This document shows positions 19,144 to 29,760 of a stretch of 64,000 nucleotides of DNA, piece by piece. The DNA is from a bacterium (lineage in GTDB: Bacteria > Hinthialibacterota > Hinthialibacteria > Hinthialibacterales > Hinthialibacteraceae): positions 32,001-96,000 of the forward strand of contig CAXXMV010000002.1 of the NCBI GenBank assembly GCA_963662285.2. The letters are read 5' to 3'. The notes beneath the pieces are model-generated. The model saw only the letters and a program-made list of their open reading frames with translations, had not been told where the DNA came from and ran no database searches. The position numbers and the translations under genes were made by a program. Position 1 is the stretch's first letter. Each line of letters starts with the position of its first letter.

Positions 19144-20127
19144 TTACGTATTATTGTATAAAGCCCAAAAAACAACCACCAGCCAAAGCAATCCATTAAG
19201 TACCATCGGACGATCTGACAACAAGAGTTCTGTTGGATTTCCACCCTCTTCTTTACGGTATACAAGATACAAATATCTGAATACTCCATAAATGACAAAT
19301 GGGATAGAATATTTCATCCGGGTGTTATGCCGGTCAGGGTTTTGATGGTCTTGAGCGCTGGTGGATAACGCTGATTCAAACCTTGCCGCATTGGAAATTT
19401 GAGAATCCACAGTTGTATTAATGATGTTAGCGCCACTCGGCCGTGTTGCATCAATGCAATAAAGTGAATAGGTTACAAGCGTCGCAGCTGTCACAATTGA
19501 AATAATCTGGTCCAGCAGATGCGTCGAATATTCTTGCAGTATCTCTCGATGGTTCTGAGCTTCTTTTTCTCCCAGAAGGATAATCTCATGGCGTCGCTTG
19601 CTATAAGCCAGAAACAGAGAGACAAACAAGGCGCAAATATATAACCAATCAGAAAATTCTACATTAATAACCACCGCCCCGGCATAAGTCCTTAGAACAA
19701 AACCTGAAGCGACCATCATCCCATCCAGGATTACAATGGATTTGCCTCCGAATGAGTAAAATAGATGAACCAACAGATAAATCATACCCACGCAGGTAAA
19801 ACGCCAGGAAAGCATCGCCGAACCGACAATTGAAACTAAAAATATCACGGCGCACGTTATCAAGACTATTTTTACCGACAAACGCCCCGATGGAAGAGGG
19901 CGGTTGCGTTTTTGCGGATGCAGCCGGTCTCGCTCCAGGTCTGCAATATCATTGATCATGTAAACGCAAGATGAAAAAAGACAGAAAAAAATAAAGGCCA
20001 GAAACGTATATTCTAATGCAACAAGATTCGAAACCTGCTTAACAAAAATCAATGGAGCAAAGATGAAGCAATTTTTTATCCATTGCCTTGGTCTGGCAAT
20101 TTCAAACAAAGATTGAATTGTATTCAT
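19144..20127 (-). CDS. UbiA-family prenyltransferase (decaprenyl-phosphate phosphoribosyltransferase-like)
   Basis: RPRQWIKN, YMINDIADLERDRLHPQKRNRPLPSG, GFVLR, KRRHE, YGVFRYLY, GGNPTE. Confidence 0.88.
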   Translation of the reverse strand: MNTIQSLFEIARPRQWIKNCFIFAPLIFVKQVSNLVALEYTFLAFIFFCLFSSCVYMINDIADLERDRLHPQKRNRPLPSGRLSVKIVLITCAVIFLVSIVGSAMLSWRFTCVGMIYLLVHLFYSFGGKSIVILDGMMVASGFVLRTYAGAVVINVEFSDWLYICALFVSLFLAYSKRRHEIILLGEKEAQNHREILQEYSTHLLDQIISIVTAATLVTYSLYCIDATRPSGANIINTTVDSQISNAARFESALSTSAQDHQNPDRHNTRMKYSIPFVIYGVFRYLYLVYRKEEGGNPTELLLSDRPMVLNGLLWLVVVFWALYNNT

Positions 20128-20170
20128 ATTATTACGCCAGAAGAATCGTAAAAATTTCTTTCCCGTTATT

Positions 20171-20662
20171 TTATTTTTTCAAATCTTTGGGAATTGTATG
20201 CCACATGATATGAAGAAACTCATCACACCCCACACGCTTCCAGAATTCATATCCCCGCCCATTACGCGGCGAGACATTCAATTGGATCACCGACAATCCA
20301 CGGCGATAAAACCAACGCCTCACATTCAACCACAGTTGACGCCCGACTCCGTTTCGTTGCTGCGATTCCGAAACCATCATCTCTGCGATGAATCCATATC
20401 GGTCCAAAGCAAAGACTTCTGGATTAGTAAGTATTATACCAATTGTATATCCTACAATATTACCTTCCACAACTGCGATAAAAATTGCGTAATCATAATT
20501 CTCGAATATTGACTTAAGATATTCTAGGTATGACTCTTCTGAATTATGTGATAACTCAAAACGAGCATCCAATGAAAGGTGATATTCCATCATCTCTTGC
20601 CAAAGTTTGGTTACTTGCGGCAAATCATCACTAACAGCTCTACGGATTTCAACATCGACCAT
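20171..20662 (-). CDS. GNAT family N-acetyltransferase
   Basis: IRRAVSDDL, motif A QRNGVGRQL, and LNVSPRN..G..FW. Confidence 0.85.
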   Translation of the reverse strand: MVDVEIRRAVSDDLPQVTKLWQEMMEYHLSLDARFELSHNSEESYLEYLKSIFENYDYAIFIAVVEGNIVGYTIGIILTNPEVFALDRYGFIAEMMVSESQQRNGVGRQLWLNVRRWFYRRGLSVIQLNVSPRNGRGYEFWKRVGCDEFLHIMWHTIPKDLKK

Positions 20663-21074
20663 TAGGGAAATCCTTTCCAAACGTCGGTTGCGAATAGAGT
20701 CAACCACAAAAAATAATGTTGAGGATACTATGTATATCACATTTTTTATGTCAAGGGATTTCCGGTAATTTCATTTTTATTATTTATAAACTTTTTTATT
20801 CACTTATCACAAAACTTTGTAGACTCCTTTAATTTATCCCCGGTGTATGATACTGTAAATTACCATAAGTATTGATTGGATGAGTAGTTTTTGGAGTTCT
20901 GGTGAAAGCCTAATCGGCTCTATTCGAACTCCATTCCTTCCATCAATTCTTAAGCAAGGAATCTGATTGGGTTTGCCGTTTTGTATTTTCCCGCTCCAAA
21001 CGAGAGGATTTTATTATTCGGCAGTGTCCGAGGCAACGATTCCCAATTCGAATTGTTTAAAAGGAGTCGATAGG

Positions 21075-22334
21075 ATGATCAACAATAAAGATAAAGAACT
21101 TTCTCGTCGTGATTTTGGAAAGCGAACCGCCTTGGGCGCTACCGCAATGGCTGGATTCAGCATCATTAATAATGCCCGGGCAGCTGATGATCCATTAAAA
21201 ATTGGCGTTATCGGATGCGGTGGACGTGGTTCAGGCGCTGTTATGAACGCGATTCAAGCCAACAGCAATGTTCAACTGGTGGCAGTTTGCGACGTCTTTG
21301 AAAAAACAGCCAAAGATGCCGTCAAGAAATTCCAGAACAACGAAAATCTGGTCAAGAATATCAACGTCGATGCAGAGAATATTTTCTGGGACTTGGATGG
21401 ATACAAAAAATTACTGAAACTGGACATGGATTACGTAATCCTCGCTACGCCTCCAGGTTTCCGTCCGGAACACTTCGAAGCCGTTGTTAACGCAGGTAAA
21501 AACTGCTTCTGCGAAAAACCCATCGCGGTTGATTCTTCCGGTACGCGCCGCTACATGGCAGCCGCCAAAAAATCCGAAGCAGCAAAATTGCACGTAGTTA
21601 CTGGAACTCAACGACGTCACGAGAAACCTTACATAGAAACCATCAAAAAAATCCATGATGGCGCTCTTGGCGATATTGTCGCCGGTCGCGCTTACTGGGA
21701 CGGCACTCTACCTCATCACCGCCCCCGCAAAGCCGGTATGAGCGACCTCGAATACCAATTATATAACTGGTATAACTTCTGCTGGATTTGCGGTGACAAC
21801 ATTGTTGAGCAGCATGTTCACAACCTCGATATCATGAACTGGGTTTTCCAATCTCATCCAACATCCGTTATCGCTTCCGGTGGACGCGCATGGAAACCCA
21901 AAATTGAAGAATATGGCAACATCTGGGATCATTTCTCCTGCGATTACGAATATCCCAATGACGTACATGTAATGAGTTTCAGCCGTCACTGGAACAAATC
22001 ATATAACGACGTATCCGAAATGGTCTTTGGAACCCAAAAAGGCCCTAATGGCTACATCAGCAGCTGCAACGACATGGGTTCGACTGGACGCAATGCTTAC
22101 GTCCAGGAACATATGGACCTCCAAGCCAGCATCACTGGCAATGGCCCTTACTTGAACGAAGCCATGCAAGTTGCAGAAAGCGTCTTCACAGCAATCATGG
22201 GACGTATGGCTGCATACACCGGCAAGAAACTAACCTGGGAAGAAGCATTGAACATGGAACTAGACATCGTTCCAAAGAATATGTCCTGGGATAAACCAAT
22301 GCCAGCCGATCCTATTCCAGTTCCTGGCGCATAA
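21075..22334 (+). CDS. Tat-exported Gfo/Idh/MocA oxidoreductase
   Basis: SRRDFGK twin-arginine signal, GCGGRGSGA, ATPPGFRP, EKPIAVD, GTQRRH, EQHVHNLD. RBS AAGGAG. Confidence 0.9.
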   Translation: MINNKDKELSRRDFGKRTALGATAMAGFSIINNARAADDPLKIGVIGCGGRGSGAVMNAIQANSNVQLVAVCDVFEKTAKDAVKKFQNNENLVKNINVDAENIFWDLDGYKKLLKLDMDYVILATPPGFRPEHFEAVVNAGKNCFCEKPIAVDSSGTRRYMAAAKKSEAAKLHVVTGTQRRHEKPYIETIKKIHDGALGDIVAGRAYWDGTLPHHRPRKAGMSDLEYQLYNWYNFCWICGDNIVEQHVHNLDIMNWVFQSHPTSVIASGGRAWKPKIEEYGNIWDHFSCDYEYPNDVHVMSFSRHWNKSYNDVSEMVFGTQKGPNGYISSCNDMGSTGRNAYVQEHMDLQASITGNGPYLNEAMQVAESVFTAIMGRMAAYTGKKLTWEEALNMELDIVPKNMSWDKPMPADPIPVPGA

Positions 22335-22362
22335 TTAACATACCAATAATCTTTAGTATAAT

Positions 22363-22400
22363 AAGACGGGGCGTGAATAATTCACGCCCCGTCTTTTTTT
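22363..22400 (+). terminator. Intrinsic terminator
   Basis: AAGACGGGGCGTGAA/TTCACGCCCCGTCTT stem followed by a T tract. Confidence 0.85.
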
Positions 22401-22459
22401 ATTTATATGAGGCGCCTAGAGTTTAAATATCCTATAAGACATGCCCGTAAAAAGAATGA

Positions 22460-23428
22460 TTATAGGCCTGGAGGCACTTCACCAGGAAGTGAAGCGCCAT
22501 TGTTCTGGGGCCATAAAGCATAACCGACGCCAATAATAATCACGGCGCCACCGAAAAATTGATAAAAGGTTAATCTTTCTCCCAACAGCAAAATAGAAAA
22601 TAGTACGCCAAATAGGGGAAGAAGGCTTAAGGTCAAAGATACCAGTGATGCAGGAAGCCGCTTAAGAGCCTGAAAATAAAGCAGATATCCCAAACCGGAA
22701 CAGAACGCGCCCAGATAAATTGTTATATACCAGGATACTTGATCCATCTCCATCCAGCCCCGCCATGTACCTTGAATTGCTACTACAGAACCAAGGCTCA
22801 AACACGCGAAAACTGTTATAAAGAAATTCGCCACCAGGGGATTTGAACGCTTAACAATACTTTTACTGCCGATAGTGAAAGCACACCAGCAAAACACAGA
22901 CGCCAGTATCAGAAAATCTCCAAAAAATGCTTTATTGACATGTATTTCTATACTGTTAAAATCATCCCACATAACGAAAACCATGCCCACCAAAGCGCCC
23001 ATTCCACCATAAACTACCGGTAGATGCAGTCGCTCTTTCAGAATGAGGAAAGCCATATAAATCGTCAAAAGCGATTCAATTGACATAATAAGAGATACGT
23101 TTGAAGCGGTAGTAAACTTAGATCCGGAGTATTCCAGGATAATAGCGCCAGCTGTGGCGAATACGCCAACCAAAAAGACCAGACGCCAATCTTTGGCTGT
23201 CCAGGTAGTTGTTTTGCGGCGTCCCCAATAAAAGGGAAAAAGACATAAAATGGCGATGCAGGTTCGATTGAAACCCAGGAGGATTGGATCAACGCCTTGC
23301 TGGATCACATATTTATTTAACGAAAAGGTTGTGCCAAACAAAAATTGCGCAAAAAGAACGCATATTAGACCGATAATCCATGATTTCTTCGATTGCTCTC
23401 TTTCTCCTTTAGTCATTCTGTTCCACAA
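22460..23428 (-). CDS. EamA/DMT family transporter
   Basis: About 10 TM helices in two repeats, each ending in LKER / LLGER. Confidence 0.88.
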   Translation of the reverse strand: MWNRMTKGEREQSKKSWIIGLICVLFAQFLFGTTFSLNKYVIQQGVDPILLGFNRTCIAILCLFPFYWGRRKTTTWTAKDWRLVFLVGVFATAGAIILEYSGSKFTTASNVSLIMSIESLLTIYMAFLILKERLHLPVVYGGMGALVGMVFVMWDDFNSIEIHVNKAFFGDFLILASVFCWCAFTIGSKSIVKRSNPLVANFFITVFACLSLGSVVAIQGTWRGWMEMDQVSWYITIYLGAFCSGLGYLLYFQALKRLPASLVSLTLSLLPLFGVLFSILLLGERLTFYQFFGGAVIIIGVGYALWPQNNGASLPGEVPPGL

Positions 23429-24134
23429 TCTCCTGAATTTCGGTCATGGTTCTAACAATATAATCAGGCGCCGGACCAACTACTTCGGCGCTGCGGTTAT
23501 CACGCCTCATCCAGGCGGTTCGCATTCCTACATCTTTGGCGCCCTGAATATCTTTTTCAGCATGGTCGCCCACCATTAATGAATTTTCAGGTTTGGCTTT
23601 GACCGATTGCATTGCTTTATGAAAAATTTCAGGCGCCGGTTTTGAGCAACCAGTTTCCTGTGCAATAAAAATTGCATCCATTATCTGATCTAAACCAAAC
23701 TTTACAATCTTTTCTCTTTGCATTTCCGAGTTTCCATTGGTTACTAGAACCAGTGAATAATTCTCTTTTAGCGAATTCAGGACTGGCATCGTATCATCAT
23801 AACAAGCATAGGTTGCACGACGCGCCGCCTGAAAAATTTGAGCCATTGAACAAGCCAATTCCCTATCAGAATGTCCAAGAGACTCTAAAGTCTCAGCGGC
23901 GATATGAGAGCGAACCTCCTGAGCGCTTCTCATCGCAGCGATAGGAGACTGGTCATAATTTTCCCAATGCCAGGTGTTCACTTCGCGGAAGGTCTGATAT
24001 ACCTTTTCCAGAGTTAAATCCGGATAACGCCCGGTTATCAAGGGCAATGTTTTTTCCAACGATTGCCTAAGACTTCCTGAATCATCAGCTAATGTGTTAT
24101 CTAAATCGAAGAAAATTGCGCTTATGCAAGACAT
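23409..24134 (-). CDS. HAD-superfamily hydrolase (YjjG-like)
   Basis: FFDLDNTL, VTNG, KPAPEIF, MVGD...DIQGAKDVGM. Confidence 0.9.
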   Translation of the reverse strand: MSCISAIFFDLDNTLADDSGSLRQSLEKTLPLITGRYPDLTLEKVYQTFREVNTWHWENYDQSPIAAMRSAQEVRSHIAAETLESLGHSDRELACSMAQIFQAARRATYACYDDTMPVLNSLKENYSLVLVTNGNSEMQREKIVKFGLDQIMDAIFIAQETGCSKPAPEIFHKAMQSVKAKPENSLMVGDHAEKDIQGAKDVGMRTAWMRRDNRSAEVVGPAPDYIVRTMTEIQEIVEQND

Positions 24135-24377
24135 TTTGTAATCTTTCAGTTGAATTTAAGAATTCAAAGAGTATAGCCTATTCTTTCGCATCTAATGGAG
24201 CCTTACCGGATAAGAACCACTCTATCCAGAGAAATTTAAAAATATTTTCACAAATTCAATGTACAATTACTAATATATATCCTTATAGGATGCTCTTCTA
24301 TTTAATGGATATAACTTTTTTCAAGACCACAATGATCTGACAACCATCATCAAAAGGTTTAATAAGGTCAAAGAGAA

Positions 24378-24962
24378 ATGGTTACGCAATCTAACAAAAT
24401 TGGGAAAATGGAAGTTCGCTCAAACGGAGATTGTCCCTGGTGTGGCCGTGCAAGATCAAATCTCAAAGATTACATGTGTTACGACGTCATGGGCAATTGT
24501 TGTCATTCTTTTTTCCGCTTATTCCAACCAAAAATTCATGCTGCAATCCGCGATTTCCCTAATAGAAAAGTCAATGCAGAAACTCAATTCGATCAACTAC
24601 TTAACAAATTTCATGAGCAAATAAAAAGCGACAAGCGCCTTATGAAGGACGAGGAAAAACATTATGTTAAGATTGATTCTTACTTAAAGGAATACAACTC
24701 GGATATCACTGAATTTTTAGAATTTTTAATCCGCATCTACATTGTTCGAGGAGTAATCCCCATTAAAATGATTGATGATTATGTTAAATTGAATTGCATT
24801 ATATGCGGGAGAGAGTTTTCTGACACTTGGGCGCATGAAATTTGCTCATTATGTATGGAGACTGTCGGCAAACCAAGCAACGCCGCATCTCAAGATAAAA
24901 CTGCGTCTCTAACATCCTCATCTCTGCAACAAAAAAGAACGGGCATGCATGTTAGAAGATGA
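24378..24962 (+). CDS. Cys-rich hypothetical protein (divergent YvyF-like Zn-finger protein)
   Basis: CPWC...C...CC at the N terminus; CIIC...CSLC and a terminal GMHVRR. Confidence 0.55.
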   Translation: MVTQSNKIGKMEVRSNGDCPWCGRARSNLKDYMCYDVMGNCCHSFFRLFQPKIHAAIRDFPNRKVNAETQFDQLLNKFHEQIKSDKRLMKDEEKHYVKIDSYLKEYNSDITEFLEFLIRIYIVRGVIPIKMIDDYVKLNCIICGREFSDTWAHEICSLCMETVGKPSNAASQDKTASLTSSSLQQKRTGMHVRR

Positions 24963-25178
24963 TAATTTGAACAACTCTCTAAATTATGTTGGTTTCCATA
25001 AAGGCCATGTTATTTGGCTTTTTTTTCATTGTTCAAATAAGTTAATTGCTTTAACCACTCCACTGCTTAAAAACAGATTACTTCGATAATCGATTTATCC
25101 ACAAGTAAACCTTCTGTAAATTATCATTACATCTTGGGATATTATTATTCAATTCATCCACAAAAGCAAAGAAAAAAC

Positions 25179-25207
25179 TTGACAACCCCAAAAATCCTTA
25201 CTATAGT
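25179..25207 (+). promoter_or_regulatory. Sigma-70-like promoter
   Basis: TTGACA-17 nt-TATAGT upstream of the ORF at 25267. Confidence 0.65.
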
Positions 25208-25266
25208 TAGTAATGCCACGAGTTTTAAGATTCCCGGGAGTGTATCCTGAGAGCAAGAGGTCTATC

Positions 25267-25746
25267 ATGAATGGACGGTTGGCAAAAACTCAATTCGGTA
25301 ATTGCACTAACTGTAATGAGTATTCCATGATGAACAGCGATGGTTTATGCCAAAAGTGCTCAAATTTCTATATAGATCAACTAGAGAATGCCATTGATTT
25401 GACCAAAAATAATCCAGAAATAACCTGCCAAGAAATTGCAAATACTCTCGAAATATCTATCGAGAAAGTAGAAGAATGGGTTAAAAAAGGTAAAATTCGT
25501 TGCATCTCTTTGCGCTTTGTGTGTCCCAAATGCGACAAAGAAGTCATCAATCAGTTGAAATGCCCACATTGCAATGCTATTAAAATTACCGAAACTTTTA
25601 TTAAAAAGAAAACAACTCCCAAGTCTGCTATAACTGAATTATTCCTGGAAGAGCGCTTCTCGCGCGACCGCAAACGGTTATCTCCTCGATTAAGACTTTT
25701 GGCTTCATTGCCCGGCTTAAACAAATCCAGCCTATCAGATACTTAA
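25267..25746 (+). CDS. YvyF/TIGR03826-like Zn-finger-HTH-Zn-finger protein
   Basis: NCTNC..LCQKC, then NPEITCQEIANTLEISIEKVEEWVKKGKI (HTH-like), then CPKC..CPHC. Confidence 0.65.
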   Translation: MNGRLAKTQFGNCTNCNEYSMMNSDGLCQKCSNFYIDQLENAIDLTKNNPEITCQEIANTLEISIEKVEEWVKKGKIRCISLRFVCPKCDKEVINQLKCPHCNAIKITETFIKKKTTPKSAITELFLEERFSRDRKRLSPRLRLLASLPGLNKSSLSDT

Positions 25747-25992
25747 GTTCCATAACAACAGTCATGAAATATTCATTTCTATTCTAGATTTACATACCAT
25801 TCCTTGTTTTGGCAAGCACTGTTTCCATTAGATTTATCCTAAGTCATTTTGCTTAGGAAAAATGACATAACTGATTCATTCAATAAATCCAGATACATTG
25901 TTCCTTCAAATAAAACAAGTACAATAACACAACGTTTGATTGATTAAATCGAAACATTTTTAATTTAAAATGAAACATATAGGATAAACGAA

Positions 25993-26973
25993 ATGCGTTA
26001 CCTGGAATTTGAAAAACCTCTCCGGGAGATTGAATCAAAAATTGAACAGCTTGAAGTCTATGCTTCATCACGAGATATTGACCTGTCAAGCGAAATCAAG
26101 CCCTTAAAAGAAAAATTACAGAATCTGCTGGAAGAGATTTTTTCGCAATTAACTCCCTGGCAGAAAGTTCAATTGGCTCGACACCCGGATCGTCCATATT
26201 GCCTTAATTATATCGATATGATTGCGGAAGATTTTATAGAGTTTCATGGAGATCGGGCTATTAGAGACGATGAAGCAATCGTGAGCGGGATGTGCTCTAT
26301 TGGTGGAAGATCTGTTGCTGTAATTGGTCACCAAAAAGGCCGTGATACCGAAGAAAACATTCGGCGAAACTTTGGGATGCCGAATCCTGAGGGATTTCGT
26401 AAAGCTCGACGTATTATGGAAACAGCGGAACGTATGCGCATACCCATAATAACCTTCATTGATTCTCCCGGCGCTTTTCCAGGAATTGGCGCCGAAGAAC
26501 GAGGTCAGCACTCCATAATCGCTGAAAATCTCGAAGCCATGTCGCAATATTCCGTTCCCATCATTTGCGTTGTTATCGGAGAAGGCGGCAGCGGCGGAGC
26601 GCTGGCTATAGGCGTCGGCAATCGAGTATTGATGCTGGAGAACGGCTACTATGCAGTATGTACTCCAGAAGCATGCGCCGCCATTATTTTGCGCGACCGA
26701 ACTAAAGCATCCACCGTAGCCAGCACTATGCGAATCGTATCGTCTGATCTGAAGGACCTTGAATTAATTGATGAGGTTATTGCTGAACCACTGGGCGGCG
26801 CGCATCGCAATCCAGAAGCAACCGCAGCCAATGTAAAAGAAGCCATTTTGCGCCACCTTGGAGAACTGGAGCAGATGGATAGAGAAGAAATTGTAGAAGA
26901 TAGGTATAAACGTTTCCGTAAAATGGGCGTATTATACGAAACTCAGCCAGTGGGAATATCTCCTGTAAATTGA
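25993..26973 (+). CDS. accA: Acetyl-CoA carboxylase carboxyltransferase alpha subunit
   Basis: LEFEKPL, ARHPDRP, HQKGRDT, FGMPNPEGFRKA, GEGGSGGALA, EPLGGAHR. Confidence 0.97.
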   Translation: MRYLEFEKPLREIESKIEQLEVYASSRDIDLSSEIKPLKEKLQNLLEEIFSQLTPWQKVQLARHPDRPYCLNYIDMIAEDFIEFHGDRAIRDDEAIVSGMCSIGGRSVAVIGHQKGRDTEENIRRNFGMPNPEGFRKARRIMETAERMRIPIITFIDSPGAFPGIGAEERGQHSIIAENLEAMSQYSVPIICVVIGEGGSGGALAIGVGNRVLMLENGYYAVCTPEACAAIILRDRTKASTVASTMRIVSSDLKDLELIDEVIAEPLGGAHRNPEATAANVKEAILRHLGELEQMDREEIVEDRYKRFRKMGVLYETQPVGISPVN

Positions 26974-27046
26974 TATTCCACATATATATCCAAATCTTAT
27001 AGATTTAACTGTATTTATATATTTGCATTCATATACGCTTAAGCGT

Positions 27047-27155
27047 TAGTGCAATCGTCAGTAATCATTCCTTATTGAAATCTCTGGATTTGTTCAAAGT
27101 CTCTTTTTCGAAGACCAAACTTGATAATAAACGAACTATTTTTGATAATTGCTTT
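27047..27155. repeat. Degenerate TAGAGCG-family MITE copy
   Basis: Left part TATTGAAATCTCTGGATTTGTTCAAAGTC matches the 47106 copy. The reverse complement of the right part (ATTATCAAAA...TTATTATCA..TTTGGTCTTCGAAAAAG) matches the 63517 copy. Confidence 0.55.
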
Positions 27156-27196
27156 TGAAATATCACTTTTAATTAACTCATAAGAGATAAAATAAT

Positions 27197-29620
27197 ATGG
27201 CCCGCAAACCACGAAAAACTATCCAAACAATAAAGGTTCCACAACCGACTAATGAAGAAATCTTTATGGATGATTTGTTAACAGAGGATGATACGCAGGA
27301 GATAAAAGATGCAAAGTATCCTTTATTGCCTTTGCGGGATGTAGTTATCTATCCGGGAATGATAATCCCCTTATTTGTCGGACGACCGAAATCAGTTTCC
27401 GCCTTGGAAGCTGGCATGCAAAAAGATAAGCGGCTTATATTGGTCGCCCAGAAAAAAATTGACCTCGATGAACCAAAGCCCAAAGACCTCTACACCATTG
27501 GCACATTAGTAAATTTACTTCAATTACTTAAATTGCCGGATGGTTCAATCAAAGTTCTAGTAGAAGGAACGCACCGCGTCCGCATTAAAAAAATTGTAGA
27601 CAATGATGAATATCTAGAAGCAGATGTTGAACTAATAAATGAACGTATAGAAACAGGTCCCAAAATTAAAGCTCTTCTTCGACATGTAAACGAGCAATTT
27701 GAAACCTATGTCAAACTGAACCGTAAAGTTCCTCAGGAAACTCTTTTATCCTTCGTCAATCTGGATGATCCAGGACGCGTTACCGATAATATTGCGGCGC
27801 ATCTATCGGTCAAGGTAGCTGAAAAACAACGCCTTCTTACCAGTGCAAGCCCATCCACCAGACTTAAATTTCTTTCTCAGATACTTCAAAATGAACTGGA
27901 AATTCTTGAGTTAGAACAAAATATCAAGAATGATGTCCGCAAGCAGATGGAACAATCGCAAAAAGAGTATTATCTGCACGAACAGATCAAAGCCATTCAA
28001 CGCGAACTTGGTAAAGACAGCGAGGGTAGTGAAGATTGGAGTAAATACGGCGACCGCATTAAAAAAGCCAAAATGAGTAAAGAAGCTGAAGAAAAAGCCT
28101 ACGAGGAATTAGAGCGCCTTTCCAGCATGCCTCCTCTCTCTCCGGAATCAGCCGTTGTAAGAAATTATCTTGATTGGCTGTGCGATCTTCCCTGGTCTAA
28201 ATATTCCAAAGATAGATTAAATATAGACGAAGCCGAAGTTATTCTTGACGAAGACCATTATGGATTAGAAAAACCCAAAGAACGAATCCTGGAGTTTTTA
28301 GCTGTCCGCAAACTCAAAAACGACTTGAAAGGGCCTATTCTCTGTTTCACCGGTCCTCCAGGAGTTGGCAAGACCTCTCTGGGACGCTCCATCGCCCGTT
28401 CTCTGGGAAGAAAATTTGTACGCTTATCGCTGGGCGGAGTTCGAGACGAAGCAGAAATCCGCGGTCATCGCCGAACCTATATCGGTTCTATGCCCGGTCG
28501 GATAATTCAATCACTCAAAAAAGTAAAATCACGCAATCCTGTCTTTTTGTTGGATGAGATTGACAAAATGAGCCAGGATTTTCGCGGCGATCCTTCATCC
28601 GCTCTGCTCGAGGTTCTTGATCCTGAACAGAATAATTCTTTCAGCGACCATTTTTTAGAAGTGGAATTCGATTTATCCGATGTGATGTTCATTGCAACCG
28701 CCAATGTTATTCATCCTGTTCCACCGGCTTTGCAAGATCGAATGGAGATTATCGAGATACCCAGTTATACCGAAGAAGATAAAGTCCACATCGCCCAAGA
28801 CTTTTTAGTTCCCAAACAAATTAATAATCATGGATTAACCCGGTATAAGCCGCGCATCACTAAACAAGCGGTTTTACAGGTGATCCGCGACTATACCCGT
28901 GAAGCTGGAGTTCGAAACCTGGAACGCGAATTGGCTTCCGTTTGCCGTAAAATCGCCCGGAAAGTTACCAAGAAGCAATTTAAGCAAAATTCCACCGTTA
29001 CCCCTAAAACAGTTAATGATCTTTTGGGCGTACCACGGTTTCGTGAAGCTGAAATCGGGCGGGAAAACGGAATTGGTCATGCAACCGGACTAGCGGTTAC
29101 CAGCGTTGGCGGCGAAGTGCTCTCCACTGAAGTAACTGTTATGGAAGGCACTGGCCAACTCATTCTGACAGGAAAACTCGGCGAAGTCATGCAGGAATCG
29201 GCCAAAGCGGCTCTCAGTTTCACTCGTACGCGCACCAAGCAACTCGGTTTGGCAAGAGATTTTTATAAACGATTCGACATCCACGTTCATGTACCGGAAG
29301 GCGCCATCCCCAAAGACGGTCCCTCCGCCGGTATAACTATCGCGTCAACCATGATATCCGCTCTGACGGGACGTCCCATCGTCGATAATCTGGCCATGAC
29401 TGGTGAGATCACCCTACGCGGCAGGGTGCTTCCTATTGGAGGAGTTAAAGAGAAAGTCCTGGCGGCTCACCGAGCTGATATAAATTGCGTTATCCTGCCC
29501 GAAGATAACCGTAAAGACATCCCCGACATCCCCCAACATGTATTAGAGAAAATGGAAATTATTTTTGTCAGCCAAATGGATCAGGTTTTAGAAAGAGTTT
29601 TAGTAAAAGCGGGGAAATAG
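27197..29620 (+). CDS. lon: ATP-dependent Lon protease
   Basis: [55 protein letters not shown]. Confidence 0.98.
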   Translation: MARKPRKTIQTIKVPQPTNEEIFMDDLLTEDDTQEIKDAKYPLLPLRDVVIYPGMIIPLFVGRPKSVSALEAGMQKDKRLILVAQKKIDLDEPKPKDLYTIGTLVNLLQLLKLPDGSIKVLVEGTHRVRIKKIVDNDEYLEADVELINERIETGPKIKALLRHVNEQFETYVKLNRKVPQETLLSFVNLDDPGRVTDNIAAHLSVKVAEKQRLLTSASPSTRLKFLSQILQNELEILELEQNIKNDVRKQMEQSQKEYYLHEQIKAIQRELGKDSEGSEDWSKYGDRIKKAKMSKEAEEKAYEELERLSSMPPLSPESAVVRNYLDWLCDLPWSKYSKDRLNIDEAEVILDEDHYGLEKPKERILEFLAVRKLKNDLKGPILCFTGPPGVGKTSLGRSIARSLGRKFVRLSLGGVRDEAEIRGHRRTYIGSMPGRIIQSLKKVKSRNPVFLLDEIDKMSQDFRGDPSSALLEVLDPEQNNSFSDHFLEVEFDLSDVMFIATANVIHPVPPALQDRMEIIEIPSYTEEDKVHIAQDFLVPKQINNHGLTRYKPRITKQAVLQVIRDYTREAGVRNLERELASVCRKIARKVTKKQFKQNSTVTPKTVNDLLGVPRFREAEIGRENGIGHATGLAVTSVGGEVLSTEVTVMEGTGQLILTGKLGEVMQESAKAALSFTRTRTKQLGLARDFYKRFDIHVHVPEGAIPKDGPSAGITIASTMISALTGRPIVDNLAMTGEITLRGRVLPIGGVKEKVLAAHRADINCVILPEDNRKDIPDIPQHVLEKMEIIFVSQMDQVLERVLVKAGK

Positions 29621-29637
29621 ATTCCCCGCTTTGCTTT
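29605..29637 (+). terminator. Probable terminator overlapping the lon stop codon
   Basis: AAAGCGGGGAA/TTCCCCGCTTT stem. Confidence 0.6.
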
Positions 29638-29760
29638 CATATCAATTATAACCCCAATTGCAAAGAATGATTTTTCAACGACTAGTCCCTATAAAACTAA
29701 TAACGTATGAATTATCTTTTTAAAACGATGTAGTCAAATTACATATAGGACTTCGTTGCA

